From: an uncultured Candidatus Poseidoniales archaeon
GTDB lineage: Archaea; Thermoplasmatota; Poseidoniia; Poseidoniales; Thalassarchaeaceae
NCBI GenBank assembly: GCA_964003245.1
Contig: CAXFIU010000001.1
Span: 20,589-84,588, forward strand
Direction of reading: 5' to 3'
DNA: 64,000 nt
Within the stretch, counting starts at the first letter, position 1. Every line of letters starts with the position of its first letter. This document shows positions 61,310-64,000 of the stretch, one piece after another. The position numbers and the translations under genes were made by a program. A model generated the notes under the pieces. It was not told where the DNA came from, ran no database searches, and saw only the letters and a program-made list of their open reading frames with translations.

Positions 61310-62818
61310 TTACTTACTCGTTATTAATCGATGTAGAGTTCGAACTTGTATTCCCGTGGCTCCATGGCTAACAGTTGCATTTGACTCTCCACCCCAAATT
61401 CCTGCAGTTCCTGCAATATCTAGATGTGCCCATGGAATTTGAGATTTTTCTCCGTTTTCATCTTCGCGTTCTTGGACAAATTGTTTCAAGAATCCTGCAG
61501 CTTGGATTGCCCCTCCCCATCGACCTTTTCCTTGATTTCTTACATCTGCGATTTTAGAGGATGTCATTTGTTTTTCAAATGCAGGTAACAATGGCATAGG
61601 CCAACAAATTTCATCAACCTCATCTCCTGCCTTCTTTATTCTTCCCGATAATGAATCATTGTTCGAAAATAATCCTGTTGCTTCATGACCAAGAGCCACT
61701 ACAATTGATCCGGTTAATGTTGCTAAATCAATGATGTAAGATGGATTCAATTCACTGGCCTTCCAAAGCCCATCTGCTAGTACGTTACGTCCTTCAGCAT
61801 CTGTATTTAGGACCTCTATAGTTTTTCCAGAATATGTGTCTATGACGTCCCCTGGCCTATATGCTTCAGCACTTGGCATATTCTCTGCCATACATGTTAT
61901 TCCATTAACTCGACCTTCGTAACCGGTTGCATGAAGAGCCTGAAAGAGTCCAAAAACAGTAGCGGAACCATGCATATCTAATTTCATTTCATCCATTCCT
62001 GCACTGCCTTTGATTGAAATTCCTCCAGAATCAAAGGTAATACCTTTGCCTACAATACAAGGAACTTGTTTATTGGTGTCTGTAGTAGGATTAAGACGGA
62101 AGAATACCATACATGGCTTATGTACACTTCCTTTTCCAACCTCAACAAGTCCATTCATTCCTTCTTCTTTGAGACGAGAGAAGTTCCAGACTTCCACTTC
62201 AACATTTTCTTTTCCTTTGGACCATTCTAATGCTCTTCTTCCAAACTCTTCAGGATAAAGTCGATTTGCAGGCTCATTTCCTAAGTCTCTAGCGAGGTGC
62301 ACACCAGTAGCTATGGAAGAAAGTCTATTTATCTCTAAATCGAGATCTTTAGTATATCTTTTTGTTGTTTGACAAATTATTGACCATTCACTATCATTTT
62401 TCTCATCATCCTTTTTTTGATACTTATCGAATGAATAATCTCTCAGTATCATTCCTTCTGCAAATGATGCCATATTCTCATTATTCCATCCTGAGGTAAA
62501 TCTGATAACAATATTTCTTCCTTGATTATTTGGAAGATTGCTAAAGCATTTCGCACCAAAATCTCTAGATTTCTTAAGAGTCAATTTATTTCTATCGCCA
62601 ACTCCTAAAAGTATTATTTGACATTCTTTCGTCCATATTGAAATCTGACATTTTTCCTTTCCATCAAAACCGTCGCTAGAAATCGCAGATTTTACGGCGA
62701 TACTTGCACTCCTACTCAAACCCCTTGTTGAATTATTTGGTGCCTTTTCCGTATCCTGAAAAAGAGGAATAATCATAATGTCTCCGGTTTCTAAAAATTC
62801 ACTAACTGTTACATGCAT
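61310..62818 (-). CDS. pepA: Leucyl aminopeptidase (peptidase M17)
   Basis: NTDAEGRNVLADGL (M17 NTDAEGRL signature), VGKGITFDSGG. Confidence 0.85.
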   Translation of the reverse strand: MHVTVSEFLETGDIMIIPLFQDTEKAPNNSTRGLSRSASIAVKSAISSDGFDGKEKCQISIWTKECQIILLGVGDRNKLTLKKSRDFGAKCFSNLPNNQGRNIVIRFTSGWNNENMASFAEGMILRDYSFDKYQKKDDEKNDSEWSIICQTTKRYTKDLDLEINRLSSIATGVHLARDLGNEPANRLYPEEFGRRALEWSKGKENVEVEVWNFSRLKEEGMNGLVEVGKGSVHKPCMVFFRLNPTTDTNKQVPCIVGKGITFDSGGISIKGSAGMDEMKLDMHGSATVFGLFQALHATGYEGRVNGITCMAENMPSAEAYRPGDVIDTYSGKTIEVLNTDAEGRNVLADGLWKASELNPSYIIDLATLTGSIVVALGHEATGLFSNNDSLSGRIKKAGDEVDEICWPMPLLPAFEKQMTSSKIADVRNQGKGRWGGAIQAAGFLKQFVQEREDENGEKSQIPWAHLDIAGTAGIWGGESNATVSHGATGIQVRTLHRLITSK

Positions 62819-62929
62819 GTATTTGCGATAATATTCAATTATACAAAGAATTGTATTTCAAAGTTTCAATTTCAGAGCATATTTGATTAAATATATAATC
62901 AATTATTCGAATTAATAAAGTATTTACTA

Positions 62930-63859
62930 TTATTGTTCTTTCGTACTCATTATATGACAAGCCATAATCTTTGTAGCAATTAAAGCTGCAGAGAATTCTG
63001 TCAGGTTAGTATCTGGTGAAGTTGAGATTTCGTTAACATCTGCACCTATTACTTGTGATTTTTTAGCATTAAATAATTCTTGTATTATTTTATTTGCTCC
63101 CCAGAATGATAATCCTCCGGGGACTGGGGTTCCCGTTGCTGGAACTAGAATCCCATCTAATCCATCAATATCGAAACTAAGCCATATAGGCCCTGATAGA
63201 TTCTTGATTTGATTAATCATTTCATTCCAATTTGAGGATTCTGAATCTATACTAATAAGATCTCTGGCAAACCATGTATTCACTCTTCCATCACTCTCAA
63301 TTATTTCTTTTTCTTCCGAACAATATGCTCTGACGCCTATCTGGATTATTTTACCCACACCTTCATCTAAAGATCTTCTAATCACGGTGCCATGAGAAAA
63401 TCTTTCTCCATTTAATTGATCTCTTAAATCCGCATGTGCATCAATTTGTACAATAGTTAGTTTTTCTAGTTCTCCCTCAATTTTTGGATGTTTTTTTAGA
63501 GATCTAATTATTGGTAGTAATATGCCATGTTCACCACCTAAAAATATTGGAAATTGTTCACCATTAACCCACTTTGAAGAAAATCTTTCAATACTTTCCA
63601 AAGCTTCTTTGAGACTTGACACCTCATTATTCCAATTATCAGAGGTGAATAATTTGAAACCACAAGGAAGATCATCATCTAATAATTCATCAAATAATTC
63701 GACCTGTGAACTTGCACTAATGCAAGCCTCTGGTCCAAATTCAGTTCCTTCCTTGTAACTTGTTGTCATTTCATAAGGTATGGGTAAAATTACAATGTCA
63801 TAAGGGCCATTTTCATTTTCTTCTAGGCCCAAGAAAGTCTTCTTGCCAGCCTCTTCCAT
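62930..63859 (-). CDS. speB: Agmatinase/arginase-family ureohydrolase
   Basis: IVQIDAHADLRD (DAHAD), SFDIDGLD, Mn-binding His/Asp pattern; ORF stays open to window edge, start placed at MEEAGKKTFLGL by family length. Confidence 0.7.
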   Translation of the reverse strand: MEEAGKKTFLGLEENENGPYDIVILPIPYEMTTSYKEGTEFGPEACISASSQVELFDELLDDDLPCGFKLFTSDNWNNEVSSLKEALESIERFSSKWVNGEQFPIFLGGEHGILLPIIRSLKKHPKIEGELEKLTIVQIDAHADLRDQLNGERFSHGTVIRRSLDEGVGKIIQIGVRAYCSEEKEIIESDGRVNTWFARDLISIDSESSNWNEMINQIKNLSGPIWLSFDIDGLDGILVPATGTPVPGGLSFWGANKIIQELFNAKKSQVIGADVNEISTSPDTNLTEFSAALIATKIMACHIMSTKEQ

Positions 63860-64000
63860 GATGATTACGACTCGCGTCTCTCGATTAATGGCTTCGGGAT
63901 TCAAATCAAATCTGTAATCGTAATAAAGTATGGTTGATAAGTCACACCCATCCATGGAATATATATCGGAGTCGGTGATATGGGTTTGACACTTGCACAA

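Noticed and set aside
62819-62929. AT-rich spacer with a short palindrome ATACAAagaaTTGTAT upstream of pepA
   Set aside because: The palindrome has only 6-bp arms in very AT-rich DNA and could arise by chance. It probably just marks the pepA promoter / agmatinase terminator zone.

Overview
This 64 kb window looks like a compact, gene-dense archaeal chromosome segment. The taxonomic guess is marine Thermoplasmatota / Poseidoniales-like, inferred from low GC, very acidic protein tails and the mix of archaeal markers; it is not established. Archaeal markers include aIF1A-Rio1-KH(Dim2), thermosome, Cdc48, Hjc, chromatin protein MC1, Lhr helicase, an Ncs6-like tRNA thiolase and a presenilin-like protease. 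Bacterial-type genes interleaved with them include nuoL/M/N, sdhAB, dnaK and a PspC-domain protein. About 60 coding genes are called with almost no non-coding space. No tRNA/rRNA, CRISPR array, transposase or integrase was recognised. Housekeeping content: end of a complex I operon (nuoLMN); a methylcrotonyl/acyl-CoA carboxylase operon (CT beta, enoyl-CoA hydratase, biotin carboxylase and a separately encoded BCCP); serS, thrS, folC, dCMP deaminase, pyrBI, pyrG, carbamate kinase, sdhAB plus a putative anchor, ALDH, M17 aminopeptidase, agmatinase and an L-threonine dehydrogenase-like SDR. Regions not explained by housekeeping functions: (1) an SD-coupled DUF4350-like/DUF58/polytopic membrane protein operon with no MoxR ATPase in view; (2) a heavily N-glycosylation-sequon-rich surface protein, a 4TM+coiled-coil membrane protein and an adjacent GHMP sugar kinase; (3) a lipobox-bearing protein combining thrombospondin-type-3 Ca-binding repeats with a eukaryote-like PI-PLC X domain; (4) a double-TPM-domain exported protein with a poly-Gly tail; (5) a macro-domain gene in tandem with an Hjc-like nuclease that carries an insertion and C-terminal extension; (6) a heat-shock neighbourhood (thermosome <-> Hsp20-DnaK-PspC) lacking grpE/dnaJ; (7) a perfect 11-bp inverted repeat in the pyrG/tdh divergent promoter region; and (8) an aIF1A with a eukaryote-like acidic DDDIDSFF tail. 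All gene calls come from reading the translations for family-specific motifs. No database search was run, so family assignments are motif-based recollection and the start codons are approximate.
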